Shown here one piece after another: positions 29,690 through 38,499 of a stretch of 64,000 nt of DNA. Source of the DNA: Acutalibacteraceae bacterium (GTDB lineage: Bacteria; Bacillota; Clostridia; Oscillospirales; Acutalibacteraceae); NCBI GenBank assembly GCA_045639705.1, contig JAZUDP010000159.1, positions 335 to 64,334 of the forward strand, in the 5' to 3' direction. Made by a program: the position numbers and the translations under genes. A model generated the notes under the pieces. The model searched no databases. It was given only the letters and a program-made list of their open reading frames with translations, and was not told the origin of the DNA. The first letter of the stretch is position 1. The number at the start of each line of letters is the position of its first letter.

Positions 29690-29950
29690 AAAAAACAAAC
29701 CCGCCCCAAAGAAAACTTTGAGACGGGATAAATACCCGCGGTACCACTCAAATTGCGGTTATATGCCGCCACCTCAGAGGCTCTGACAAGCCCTTTACCT
29801 TAACGCAGTAATACGGATGACCCTACTTGGCAGAAACGGGTTCAGACCATCGGCTCAGAAGCCATAGACATTGAAAATTCATCTGCTGACTCGCACCGCC
29901 CGTCAACTCTCTTAAAGATTCCTTTTCCGTCCTCTTCATCACAGCTGTTG
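29690..29950 (-). promoter_or_regulatory. T-box riboswitch leader, probable Met (AUG) specifier, controlling metY-metA
   Basis: On the minus strand: K-turn-like GUGAUGAAG, AG bulge AGAGAG, distal loop GGGCGGUGCGA, specifier loop ...GUCU-AUG-G-CUUC (29863-29865), F-box GCGUUA, and T-box AAUUUGAGUGGUACCGCGGG (29735-29754). The terminator is CCCGUCUCAAAG/CUUUGGGGCGGG plus a U-run. Confidence 0.85.
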
Positions 29951-29955
29951 CTGAA

Positions 29956-29984
29956 ATGATAACACCAAAAACGAATTATGTCAA
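29956..29984 (-). promoter_or_regulatory. Putative sigma-A promoter of the T-box leader
   Basis: On the minus strand: TTGACA, 17 nt, then an extended -10 TGtTATCAT. Confidence 0.55.
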
Positions 29985-30096
29985 CTGTTTATTAACAATT
30001 ATATCCTAAAGTTAATTCTTTCTGTATCCATGAATGAGTATTGACATATTATGGAACTGAGGACAAAAACCTCAGAAAAACAAAAGGAGGTACAAC

Positions 30097-30960
30097 ATGG
30101 CAGTATTTACCAATCAGGCAACATTATCGTATAACGACAATGTAAGAAATTCAAATATTGTAACCGGTGAAGTTGTTGAAGTTCTTTCCGCAACAAAAAC
30201 AGCTGTTGAGGACACTTATTCCGACGGCGATACCGTGACCTATGTTATCAACATTGTAAACACCGGAACAGCGGATTACACCAATCTTACCGTTACCGAT
30301 AATCTCGGTGCATATACCGTACCCGACGGAACGGGCAGCGCCACTCCGCTTGAATATATTGACGGGAGCGTACGCTATTTTACAAACGGCACTCTTCAGC
30401 CTGCTCCTGCCGTTACAGACGCACAGCAGTTTGAAATAACGGGCATAAACGTACCCGCAGGCGGAAACGCAGCGGTAATATATTCGGCAAGAGTAAACGG
30501 ATTCGCTCCCCTTGACACTGCGGGCAGCATTACAAATACGGTTACGGCAACAGGCGCAGGTCTTACGGCGCCGATTACGGCAGAGGCAACAATTACACCC
30601 GAGCCGCAGCCCGACCTGACAATTACAAAGTCAGTCAATCCGTCAACTGTCGCGGCGAACACACCGCTGACCTACACCTTTGTAATTTCCAACACAGGAA
30701 ACACAGCGGCAGCTGAAACCGATAACATCACGGTTACGGACACCTTCGACCCGATTCTTAACATCACAAGAGTTGCTCTTGACGGTGTTGAGCTGACATC
30801 ACCCGACGATTACACTTACGATACGGCGACAGGTCAGTTTTCAACAACGGCGGGACGCATAACAGTTCCTGCGGCATCGTATACACAGGACAGCACAACA
30901 GGCGAGATTTCAATAGAACCCGGTGCAAGCACACTTACGGTTACGGGAACGGTTCAGTAA
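30097..30960 (+). CDS. Two-domain DUF11-type ('conserved repeat domain') protein without a signal peptide
   Basis: Two copies of the ...D.VTYVINIVNTGTADYTNLTVTDNL... / ...LTYTFVISNTGNTAAAETDNITVTDTF... module. Strong Shine-Dalgarno (AAGGAGG). The N-terminus MAVFTNQATLSYN has no hydrophobic leader. The gene is monocistronic with its own terminator. Confidence 0.7.
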   Translation: MAVFTNQATLSYNDNVRNSNIVTGEVVEVLSATKTAVEDTYSDGDTVTYVINIVNTGTADYTNLTVTDNLGAYTVPDGTGSATPLEYIDGSVRYFTNGTLQPAPAVTDAQQFEITGINVPAGGNAAVIYSARVNGFAPLDTAGSITNTVTATGAGLTAPITAEATITPEPQPDLTITKSVNPSTVAANTPLTYTFVISNTGNTAAAETDNITVTDTFDPILNITRVALDGVELTSPDDYTYDTATGQFSTTAGRITVPAASYTQDSTTGEISIEPGASTLTVTGTVQ

Positions 30961-30968
30961 AGAGAAGA

Positions 30969-30997
30969 AGGCAGGGGCAAAAGCTCCTGCCTTTTTA
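30969..30997 (+). terminator. Intrinsic terminator after the DUF11 gene
   Basis: AGGCAGGGGCAAAAGCTCCTGCCT followed by TTTTT. Confidence 0.6.
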
Positions 30998-31047
30998 GTA
31001 AAAGTAACAGTTAAAAGATAATAAGTTCAGATGTACTCCGTACCCTT

Positions 31048-32928
31048 TTATAACATCAGATTACAGATCATATTGCTGAGTTCCGTGGGATTGTCAACGG
31101 ACAGACCTTCAATAAGTCTTGCCTGAGCATAGAGAATCTTTGCATACTCCCCTGCCTTATCCTTATCGGAAGCATAAAGCTCGCTGAGCTTGTCTGCGAT
31201 AGGATGATTTGCGTTGATTTCAAGCACGATTTCAGCCTTGACCTTCTGCTCGTTCATGGGCATGGAATTGAGAACCTTTTCCATTTCAAGGGATATTTCA
31301 CCCTCGGTTGTAAGGCAGACGGGATGGTTCTTAAGCTTGTTTGTAAAGCGGACGGATGAAACGCTCTCGCCGATAGTCTCTTTGAAGAATTCGAACATGT
31401 CCTTACCGCTTTCGTTCTTTTCGTTAAGCTCTTCCTTTTCCTCGTCGCTGCCGAGGTCGATATTGTCGGTGCAGATGTTTGCAAACTTCTTGCCCTCAAA
31501 TTCGCCGAGCATCTGAATCGCAAACTCGTCAACGTTCTCTGTAAAGTAAAGAATCTCAAAGCCCTTTTCCTTAACGGCTTCTGACTGAGGAAGAAGGTCA
31601 ATCTTGTCAACCGACTCGCCGCAGGCATAATAAATCGTGTCCTGAGATTCCTTCATTCTCTCGACATATTCCTTAAGAGTTGTCAGCTTCTTATCGTTTG
31701 AGGAATGGAACATTACAAGGTCGGAAAGAACATCGTTCTTCGTACCGAAGCTGTTGTAAAGACCGAACTTAAGCTGTGTGCCGAATGCGTCAAACACTTT
31801 TTCGTATGTATCACGGGAGTCCTTCATCAGCTTTTTAAGCTCGGTATGGATTTTCTTTTCAAGACTCTTTGCAATCAGCTTGAGCTGTGCGTCATGCTGA
31901 AGCATTTCACGGGAAATGTTAAGGCTTAAATCCTCGCTGTCAACAAGACCCTTTACAAAGCTGAAGTAATCGGGAAGCAGGTCAGCGCATTTATCCATGA
32001 TAAGAACACCGTTTGAGAAAAGCTGAAGTCCCTTTTCGTAGTTCTTGGTGTAATAATCAAACGGAGCGTGACGGGGAATGAAAAGCATTGTATTGTACTC
32101 AACATTACCCTCCATCTTTGTATGGATAACCTTTGCAGGTTCTTCGTAATCGTAGTAATTGTTGCGGTAGAACTCGCTGTATTCGTCGGCTGTAACCTCG
32201 TTCTTATTCTTCTTCCAGAGCGGAACCATTGAATTGAGCGTGGCTGTTTCTGTTACTTCCTCATACTCATCCTCTGTGCCTTCCTTAAGGTGAGAATGGG
32301 TAACATCCATCGTAATGGGATAGCGAATGTAATCTGAATACTTTCTGACGATTTCGCGGATTTTATATTCCTCAAGATAATCGGAATAATTGTCGTCCTC
32401 AGTGTCCTCTTTAAGATAAAGTGTGATGACGGTGCCGTGGTCATCCTTTTCACAGGGTTCGATTGTGAAGCCCTCAACGCCCTTTGATGTCCACTTGTTT
32501 GCCTCGTCGCTGCCGTAAGCCCTGCTGACAACCTCAATTTTTTCGCTTACCATGAATGCCGAATAGAAGCCGACACCGAACTGACCGATAATGTCAACAT
32601 CGTCCTGCTTTTCGTTTCCGTTCTTGAAATCAAGAGAACCGCTCTTTGCAATTGTACCGAGGTTTGTTTCAAGCTCATCGGCGGTCATACCGATACCGTT
32701 GTCCTCGATTGTAAGGATTCTGCCTTCTTTATACGGAGTAATCTTAATCGTAAGGTCGGAACGGTTAAGAGCAAGATTTTCCTGCATTGAACGGTAATAA
32801 AGCTTGTCCATAGCATCGCTTGCGTTGGAAATAAGCTCGCGGAGGAAAATCTCCTTGTGGGTATAAATTGAATTGATCATCATGTCGAGCAGCTTTTTTG
32901 ATTCTGCCTTAAACTGCTTTGTTCTCAT
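31048..32928 (-). CDS. htpG: Molecular chaperone HtpG (Hsp90)
   Basis: ...FKAESKKLLDMMINSIYTHKEIFLRELISNASDA.DK... and ...IGQFGVGFYSAFMV... I chose the start at ATG 32928, behind an AAGGTGA Shine-Dalgarno. Confidence 0.96.
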   Translation of the reverse strand: MRTKQFKAESKKLLDMMINSIYTHKEIFLRELISNASDAMDKLYYRSMQENLALNRSDLTIKITPYKEGRILTIEDNGIGMTADELETNLGTIAKSGSLDFKNGNEKQDDVDIIGQFGVGFYSAFMVSEKIEVVSRAYGSDEANKWTSKGVEGFTIEPCEKDDHGTVITLYLKEDTEDDNYSDYLEEYKIREIVRKYSDYIRYPITMDVTHSHLKEGTEDEYEEVTETATLNSMVPLWKKNKNEVTADEYSEFYRNNYYDYEEPAKVIHTKMEGNVEYNTMLFIPRHAPFDYYTKNYEKGLQLFSNGVLIMDKCADLLPDYFSFVKGLVDSEDLSLNISREMLQHDAQLKLIAKSLEKKIHTELKKLMKDSRDTYEKVFDAFGTQLKFGLYNSFGTKNDVLSDLVMFHSSNDKKLTTLKEYVERMKESQDTIYYACGESVDKIDLLPQSEAVKEKGFEILYFTENVDEFAIQMLGEFEGKKFANICTDNIDLGSDEEKEELNEKNESGKDMFEFFKETIGESVSSVRFTNKLKNHPVCLTTEGEISLEMEKVLNSMPMNEQKVKAEIVLEINANHPIADKLSELYASDKDKAGEYAKILYAQARLIEGLSVDNPTELSNMICNLML

Positions 32929-32952
32929 AAAAATCACCTTGTAAATGTAAAA

Positions 32953-32979
32953 TTAGCACTCTTTTTGCCAGAGTGCTAA
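32953..32979. promoter_or_regulatory. CIRCE operator (HrcA binding site), perfect consensus
   Basis: TTAGCACTC-N9-GAGTGCTAA lies between the putative -10 and the htpG Shine-Dalgarno. Confidence 0.85.
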
Positions 32980-32982
32980 TTC

Positions 32983-33011
32983 AGTATATACCTTATTACA
33001 TTATTTTGCAA
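32983..33011 (-). promoter_or_regulatory. Putative sigma-A promoter of htpG
   Basis: On the minus strand: TTGCAA, 17 nt, TATACT, immediately upstream of CIRCE. Confidence 0.5.
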
Positions 33012-33045
33012 GTGTAAAATGAAATATTTAACAATTCATTAATAT

Positions 33046-34287
33046 TTATGACAGCTTGTGAATGAACAGACCGCTCATGAGCTTTGGCTCGAACCATGTG
33101 GATTTCGGCGGCATAATCTGTCCTGCGTCCGCGATATCCATAAGGTCATCGAGGGTAGTCGGATACATTGAGAACGCAATCTTCATGTCGGTGCTGACTC
33201 TTCTTTCAAGCTCACCGAGTCCGCGGATACCGCCGATGAAATCGATTCTCTTGTCGGTTCTGGGGTCGTCAATGCCGAAAATCGGAGCAATAACGTTCTT
33301 CTGCAGGATAGAAACATCGAGCTGGTCAACGGGGTCATTCGGGTCAAACGTACCGTCCTTCGCTGTCAGCTTGTACCACATACCGTCAAGCAGCATGCCG
33401 AAGGTATGCTTTGTTTCGGGTCTGTAAGCATCTTTACCTGCCGTTTCGATATCGAAAACCTCTGCCATTTTTGCCATGAATTCATCGGCTGTATAACCGT
33501 TGAGGTCTTTCATAACACGGTTGTAGTCCATAATTTCAAGCTCATTGCTCGGGAAAAGAACAGCAAGGAAGAAGTTGAATTCTTCGTTTCCGGTGTAATC
33601 GGGATTCTGCTCACGGCGCATCTTGCCGACCTTGACAGCCGAAGCCGCTCTGTGGTGACCGTCGGCAATGTAAAGATAATCAATCGCCGAGAATTTCCCG
33701 GTCAGTGCATTTATTGTTTCAGGGCAGTCGATGACCCATACTGTATTCTGCACGCCGTCAGCGTTGAAATCATAAACAGGCTCATGGCTGTTTTTCCAGC
33801 TTTCGACGGTTTCGTTTATAAAATCATTTTCGCGGTAAGTAAGGAAAATCGGACCTGTGTTGGCATCGCAGTAATCAACGTGTCTGATTCTGTCCGCTTC
33901 CTTGTCGGCGCGGGTAAGCTCATGCTTTTTGATAACATTATTGATATAATCATCAATGGCAGTACAGCCGACAAGACCCGTCTGACTTCTGCCGTTCATA
34001 ATCTGACGGTAAATATAGATACACGGTGTTTCATCCGCCTTGCAGACACCGTCGGAAACAAGCTTATCAAGATTTTCCCTTGCCTTAAGGTAAACCTTTT
34101 CATCGTAAATATCAATTGCGGGGTCAAGGTCAACCTCTGCCTTATCAACGTGCAGGAAAGAATAAGGTTTGCCCTTAACCATTTCTCTTGCCTCATCGCT
34201 GTTCATGACATCGTACGGCAGAGCAGCAACCTCAGCCGCTTTTTCGGGTATTGGTCTTATCGCTTTAAAAGGTTTAAAAACTGCCAT
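33046..34287 (-). CDS. DUF1015-family protein
   Basis: MAVFKPFKAIRP......V.ALPYDVM...EAR is the characteristic DUF1015 N-terminus. 413 aa. Confidence 0.85.
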   Translation of the reverse strand: MAVFKPFKAIRPIPEKAAEVAALPYDVMNSDEAREMVKGKPYSFLHVDKAEVDLDPAIDIYDEKVYLKARENLDKLVSDGVCKADETPCIYIYRQIMNGRSQTGLVGCTAIDDYINNVIKKHELTRADKEADRIRHVDYCDANTGPIFLTYRENDFINETVESWKNSHEPVYDFNADGVQNTVWVIDCPETINALTGKFSAIDYLYIADGHHRAASAVKVGKMRREQNPDYTGNEEFNFFLAVLFPSNELEIMDYNRVMKDLNGYTADEFMAKMAEVFDIETAGKDAYRPETKHTFGMLLDGMWYKLTAKDGTFDPNDPVDQLDVSILQKNVIAPIFGIDDPRTDKRIDFIGGIRGLGELERRVSTDMKIAFSMYPTTLDDLMDIADAGQIMPPKSTWFEPKLMSGLFIHKLS

Positions 34288-34300
34288 ATTTACTCCCCTT

Positions 34301-35815
34301 TTATTTTACAAATTCTTCAATAGGTGTAAGGTCAAGATCAGTGTAATTCATAATAAATTCTTTGAATTCCTTCGCAATCTTCATAACCCCGCCCTGCTCG
34401 TTTGATTCCATATTGAACGGCATAACGGGGTCGTGAACGCTGAGTCTGAGAAGCAGCCAGCCGTTTCCGTGGTCCTTATCCGCGGAGATTCTCATGCCCT
34501 CGCGGTTATCGTCGGCAATCCTCCAGCCGTCTTTGCCGTCAAAATATTTTTCAAGGTCGGCAATAACCTTTTCGCCGTAAGGACGGAAATTCTCAAGCTT
34601 TATATTGAAGCGAATCTCCTTTGCCTCAACGGGCTGCTTAAGCGGAGCAAGAATGTCGCGTATCGCGTTGCCGGACTTGTCTCTTGCAAGCAGAATGACA
34701 ATCTTTGTCATAAGGTAGGCGCCGTCGTCAAGATAGTAATTCTCTTTAAAAGCGGCATGACCCGAGGTCTCCATAGCGAGCGGACAGAATCGGCCTTCTT
34801 TATTAAGGTCAATCATCTTGTTGATAACATTGCGGTAACCTCTCTTAAAGCGGTAATGCTCGCCGCCGAGAGCCTCGATGTACTCCTTAAGTCCGTCGGA
34901 GGTAACCGAATCCGTTACAATAACGCCGTCCTTCCTGCCCTCCATCGCTATATAAGCGGCAAGAGCAACAAGGCGGTTGCGGTTGATTTCGTCACCGTCG
35001 CGGTCAATACAGCCTGCGCGGTCAACATCAGTGTCAAATATAATTCCGAGGTCAGCCTTGCTTCTGACGGTCGCAGCGCATACCGAATCCATAGCCGCAG
35101 CGTTTTCGGGATTAGGAATATGGTTCGGGAACATTCCGTCGGGCTCAAGGAACTGACTGCCTTCAATATCCGCACCGAGAGGCGCAAGAACATCCGTCGC
35201 ATAGAATCCGCCGACACCGTTGCCTGCGTCAACAATAATTCTGAATCCTTCAAGCGGTCTGTCGTAATTTTCGGCATTAACACCCTTTTTAATCATATCT
35301 CTGAGGTGTTCAGCATATGTACTCATATAATCGACAGCGGTTATTTTTTCCGCATTTTCCTTTACAGCGGAAACATCGGTTTCTTCAGCCCTGTCAAGAA
35401 GCCAGTCGATATCCTCAGCCTCAAGTCCGCCGTCGGGAGTAAAAAATTTAAGTCCGTTTCTCTCCCACGGATGATGGCTTGCCGTAATCTGAACCGCGCC
35501 GTCGCATTTAAGGTCAAGCGTTGACATAAACATTGCAGGAGTTGAAGCAAGGTCGCAGTCGAAGACATTTACGCCGAGGAATGTAAGGCAGTCGGAAACA
35601 GCCTTTTTGATTCTCGGCCCCGATACACGGGAGTCTCTGCCGACGGAAACGTTAAGCTCGGAATATTCCCTGCCCGTTCTCTCTTTAAGCCAGTCAGCAA
35701 AGGCCGCCGATATTTTCATAACGGTTTCATCACCGAGATATTTTTTCTCACTGCTGTATTCAACGGCACCGTAACCTCTGATATCGGTTCCGCTTTTTAA
35801 TTCCTTGAGACTCAT
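34301..35815 (-). CDS. Alpha-D-phosphohexomutase (phosphoglucomutase/phosphomannomutase family)
   Basis: The active-site Ser loop ITASHHPWERNGLKFF is a variant of TASHNP. The metal loop is FDTDVDR. The sugar-binding region is METSGH. Confidence 0.88.
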   Translation of the reverse strand: MSLKELKSGTDIRGYGAVEYSSEKKYLGDETVMKISAAFADWLKERTGREYSELNVSVGRDSRVSGPRIKKAVSDCLTFLGVNVFDCDLASTPAMFMSTLDLKCDGAVQITASHHPWERNGLKFFTPDGGLEAEDIDWLLDRAEETDVSAVKENAEKITAVDYMSTYAEHLRDMIKKGVNAENYDRPLEGFRIIVDAGNGVGGFYATDVLAPLGADIEGSQFLEPDGMFPNHIPNPENAAAMDSVCAATVRSKADLGIIFDTDVDRAGCIDRDGDEINRNRLVALAAYIAMEGRKDGVIVTDSVTSDGLKEYIEALGGEHYRFKRGYRNVINKMIDLNKEGRFCPLAMETSGHAAFKENYYLDDGAYLMTKIVILLARDKSGNAIRDILAPLKQPVEAKEIRFNIKLENFRPYGEKVIADLEKYFDGKDGWRIADDNREGMRISADKDHGNGWLLLRLSVHDPVMPFNMESNEQGGVMKIAKEFKEFIMNYTDLDLTPIEEFVK

Positions 35816-36492
35816 AACATCATCCTTTCATCTGATACGGTTTTCAGGAACGAATACATTCCCGAAAAGCTGTGATATATTTCCGTAAGCTCATCAAGAA
35901 GAGCTTCTGTTTCCAGTGTTTTAAAGTCTGTGCGCTTTTTCATAAAGAACATGTCCTTTATGTCGTAATACGGCTCAATTTCCGGTATCGGTTCGCCGGG
36001 CTTATGCTTTTTGTAAAACTCGGGGCAGTATTCCGCACCCGTCTTTTCAACCTCCGCAACCGCTTTAAGAAATTCGTCGGGACGCTCAAGCAGCGCTTTT
36101 CGGTAAAGCTCAAGATATTTTGCGTCAACTCTGAACATTCCCACGCCGTAAGACCAGTAATTCTGCGTAACCTCAAACCACATGCACGGGTAGCATTCCC
36201 ATTCGTGCTTATTGCGCATGAACATAATCCAGAGGTTGTCGCGGTAGAGATTCTTGAATTTTGAATAACGGGTATCCCTGAAAAATCTGCACACCATGCG
36301 TACAGGGTCGGTCATCATTTTATCGTCAATATAACCGATTTCATTCACAACATGGGCGGCAATCTGACGCATCGGGACCGTAAAGCCGCGCTTTAATTCT
36401 TCCTTATGCTCTTCATAGAATTCACGGCTGTTTTCAAATTTATTCTGAGCGGCAAGAAAGAGAATGTCGCCCGTAATACCGTCATATTTCAT
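35812..36492 (-). CDS. DUF2461-family protein (TIGR02453-like)
   Basis: 226 aa. The N-terminus ...FL..L..NN.REFYEEHKEE... resembles DUF2461. There is a 4-nt overlap with the downstream gene and a 1-nt (TGATG) overlap with the upstream gene. Confidence 0.7.
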   Translation of the reverse strand: MKYDGITGDILFLAAQNKFENSREFYEEHKEELKRGFTVPMRQIAAHVVNEIGYIDDKMMTDPVRMVCRFFRDTRYSKFKNLYRDNLWIMFMRNKHEWECYPCMWFEVTQNYWSYGVGMFRVDAKYLELYRKALLERPDEFLKAVAEVEKTGAEYCPEFYKKHKPGEPIPEIEPYYDIKDMFFMKKRTDFKTLETEALLDELTEIYHSFSGMYSFLKTVSDERMML

Positions 36493-37754
36493 CAGATAAG
36501 ACCTCTTTCCGCCATTTTCTGTGCGGCAAGCATTATACCCGTTTTGCCGCTGTGGAAATTAAGTCCGCCCTGCATCCATACCGCAAAAGGCTCCCTTAAG
36601 GGCGCGTCAGCGGAAAGCTCGATTGACGCACCGCCCGTAAACGCTCCCGCCGCCATAATAACCTTGCTGTCATAGCCCGGCATATCCCACGGCTCGGGAG
36701 TTACGAACGAGTCTATCGGTGCGCCCGACTGCATTCCCTGACAGAAGGCAATAAGATTTTCTTCGTTTCTCAGACAGATTGCCTGAACAATATCAAAGCG
36801 GGTATCGCTGCTTTTCGGCGTTGTTTCAAAGCCGAACTGTTCCATAAGCGCAGCAGCGAAAAGCGCGGTTTTGAGAGCTTCGCCGACAGTGTGCGGAGCA
36901 AAGAAAAGACCCATGTAAAGCTCGCGGCTCATACCGAGAGTTGCACCGACCTCGCGTCCGAGACCCGGAGTTGTAAGACGGTAGGATATTTTTTCAACAA
37001 GGTCAGCCCTGCCTGCGACATAGCCGCCCGTGCGGGCAATACCGCCGCCCGCGTTCTTAATTAGCGAGCCTGCAATAATATCCGCTCCGACCTGTGTCGG
37101 CTCAATCTTCTGCGTAAATTCGCCGTAGCAGTTATCAACCATAATGTCGGCGCCGCTGTTTTCTTTTACAATTTTAACAATTTCGCCTATTTCTTCACAC
37201 GAAAGACTCGGGCGCAGAGAATAGCCTCTTGAACGCTGTATGTAAACAAGCTTTATTTTTTCTTTTTTTACCGCTTCCTTAATTGCTTGAAGGTCAGGCT
37301 TCCCGTCCTTTAAATCAACCTGCTTATATATAACTCCGAAATCGGCAAGCGAACCGTCTCCCTTGCCGTCAATTCCGATAACCGAATGAATCGTGTCATA
37401 GGGCGTGCCTGTAACGCAAAGCATAACATCTCCCGGACGGAGCATGCCGTAAAGGCATACGGAAAGCGTATGAGTACCGCAGGTAAAATTGTGACGGACA
37501 AGCGCATCCTCCGCGCCCATTACATCAGCCCATACTCTGTCGATAACCTCTCTGCCTCTGTCGCCGTAGCCGTAGCCCGTGCTTTCCTGAAACATGCTTT
37601 CGCTTACGTTGTTTTTTATAAACGCGGAAAGCACCTTCTGCTGATTATATTCCGTAATTTCATCCACCGCGCCGAACTGACCCTTTATATTTTCAAGAGC
37701 CCTGTCAGCCGCATTCTGAACCTTTTCACTTATATTAAAGAAATTCTGCTGCAT
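36492..37754 (-). CDS. Methionine gamma-lyase-family protein (YnbB / 'aluminium resistance' family, PLP-dependent)
   Basis: ...EYNQQKVL.AF......ES.F..STGYGYGD.GRE..D.V.A... matches the YnbB family N-terminus. 420 aa. Confidence 0.85.
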   Translation of the reverse strand: MQQNFFNISEKVQNAADRALENIKGQFGAVDEITEYNQQKVLSAFIKNNVSESMFQESTGYGYGDRGREVIDRVWADVMGAEDALVRHNFTCGTHTLSVCLYGMLRPGDVMLCVTGTPYDTIHSVIGIDGKGDGSLADFGVIYKQVDLKDGKPDLQAIKEAVKKEKIKLVYIQRSRGYSLRPSLSCEEIGEIVKIVKENSGADIMVDNCYGEFTQKIEPTQVGADIIAGSLIKNAGGGIARTGGYVAGRADLVEKISYRLTTPGLGREVGATLGMSRELYMGLFFAPHTVGEALKTALFAAALMEQFGFETTPKSSDTRFDIVQAICLRNEENLIAFCQGMQSGAPIDSFVTPEPWDMPGYDSKVIMAAGAFTGGASIELSADAPLREPFAVWMQGGLNFHSGKTGIMLAAQKMAERGLI

Positions 37755-38499
37755 TTTTAATCAGTCCCCATTCATTTACAATGCAGAAACCTATGGATTT
37801 ATAGAATTCAACAATTGAGCCGTTTTTGCACAGCAGCTCAACCCGTCTGCCGTCGGCAAGCTCCTGACGGGCAAGTCCGAGGACAAGAGAACGTGCAAGT
37901 CCTCTGCCTCTGTACTGCGGTCTTGTTGCAACAGCTCCAAGCAGGGACGCCTTATCCGTTCTGAAAAGAACCATGGCGCAGCCTGCATTTTCCCCGTCGC
38001 AGACAGCGATTCTGCCCTCGGCGGTACCTCTGTCTCTCCTGAATTTCGTATCGGAAAGCCATGGAAGATAATCTCCCACACCCGTCAGATTTTCAGGCTT
38101 TATTATATCATATATTTCTTTTAACTCAAAGAACTTTTTTATCTGAGCGTCTTTAAAATTTCCGACGCTGTCACAGCGGACAACATAGCCGCAATCAAAA
38201 TCTTCCGTCGAAAGCTTTTCGGCCGCAGATTTTTCACACTGAACGGTACGGTAGCCGACAACATTCAGAAACTGCGTCAGCTCTTCAAAATCCGCGTTCC
38301 CGGCGCACAGCGTCGCGTCGCCGTCAACACGGCTGACCGCCGCCGTTATTTTTCCGTTTTCATCATACTGCGCCCAGAATTTAACAAAATCATAATCAGT
38401 CGAATAGCAATTATAATATGCTTTGATTCTTGTGCCGAAAACATCTCTGTCGCAGAAGCTCAGAAAGTCCGTATCATTCTTTTCCACTGCCTTAAGCAT
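37735..38499 (-). CDS. GNAT-family N-acetyltransferase (C-terminal acetyltransferase domain)
   Basis: The acetyl-CoA motif region is AVATRPQYRGRGLARSLV. I chose ATG 38499 (GAGGA Shine-Dalgarno); the ORF track starts at TTG 38505. Confidence 0.7.
   Translation of the reverse strand: MLKAVEKNDTDFLSFCDRDVFGTRIKAYYNCYSTDYDFVKFWAQYDENGKITAAVSRVDGDATLCAGNADFEELTQFLNVVGYRTVQCEKSAAEKLSTEDFDCGYVVRCDSVGNFKDAQIKKFFELKEIYDIIKPENLTGVGDYLPWLSDTKFRRDRGTAEGRIAVCDGENAGCAMVLFRTDKASLLGAVATRPQYRGRGLARSLVLGLARQELADGRRVELLCKNGSIVEFYKSIGFCIVNEWGLIKNAAEFL

Noticed and set aside
29662-29772. N-terminal extension of metY (ORF-track start at 29772), and the expectation of an S-box riboswitch upstream.
   Set aside because: The extension would translate the T-box terminator region. 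ATG 29661 has a proper GAGGT Shine-Dalgarno and matches the conserved MetY N-terminus. The leader carries T-box motifs (UGGUACCGCG, F-box), not S-box ones.
33406-35524. Long plus-strand ORFs (305 aa at 33406-34323; 363 aa at 34433-35524) antisense to the DUF1015 and phosphohexomutase genes.
   Set aside because: Their translations are low-complexity and rich in R/V/F/N, with no motifs, while the opposite strand encodes clearly recognisable conserved proteins. The same applies to 13628-14419 (anti-alaS), 20919-21734 (anti-ftsK), 54099-54932, 49076-49759 (anti-nhaC), 25878-26573, 41788-42585, 6657-7295 and 22710-23141.
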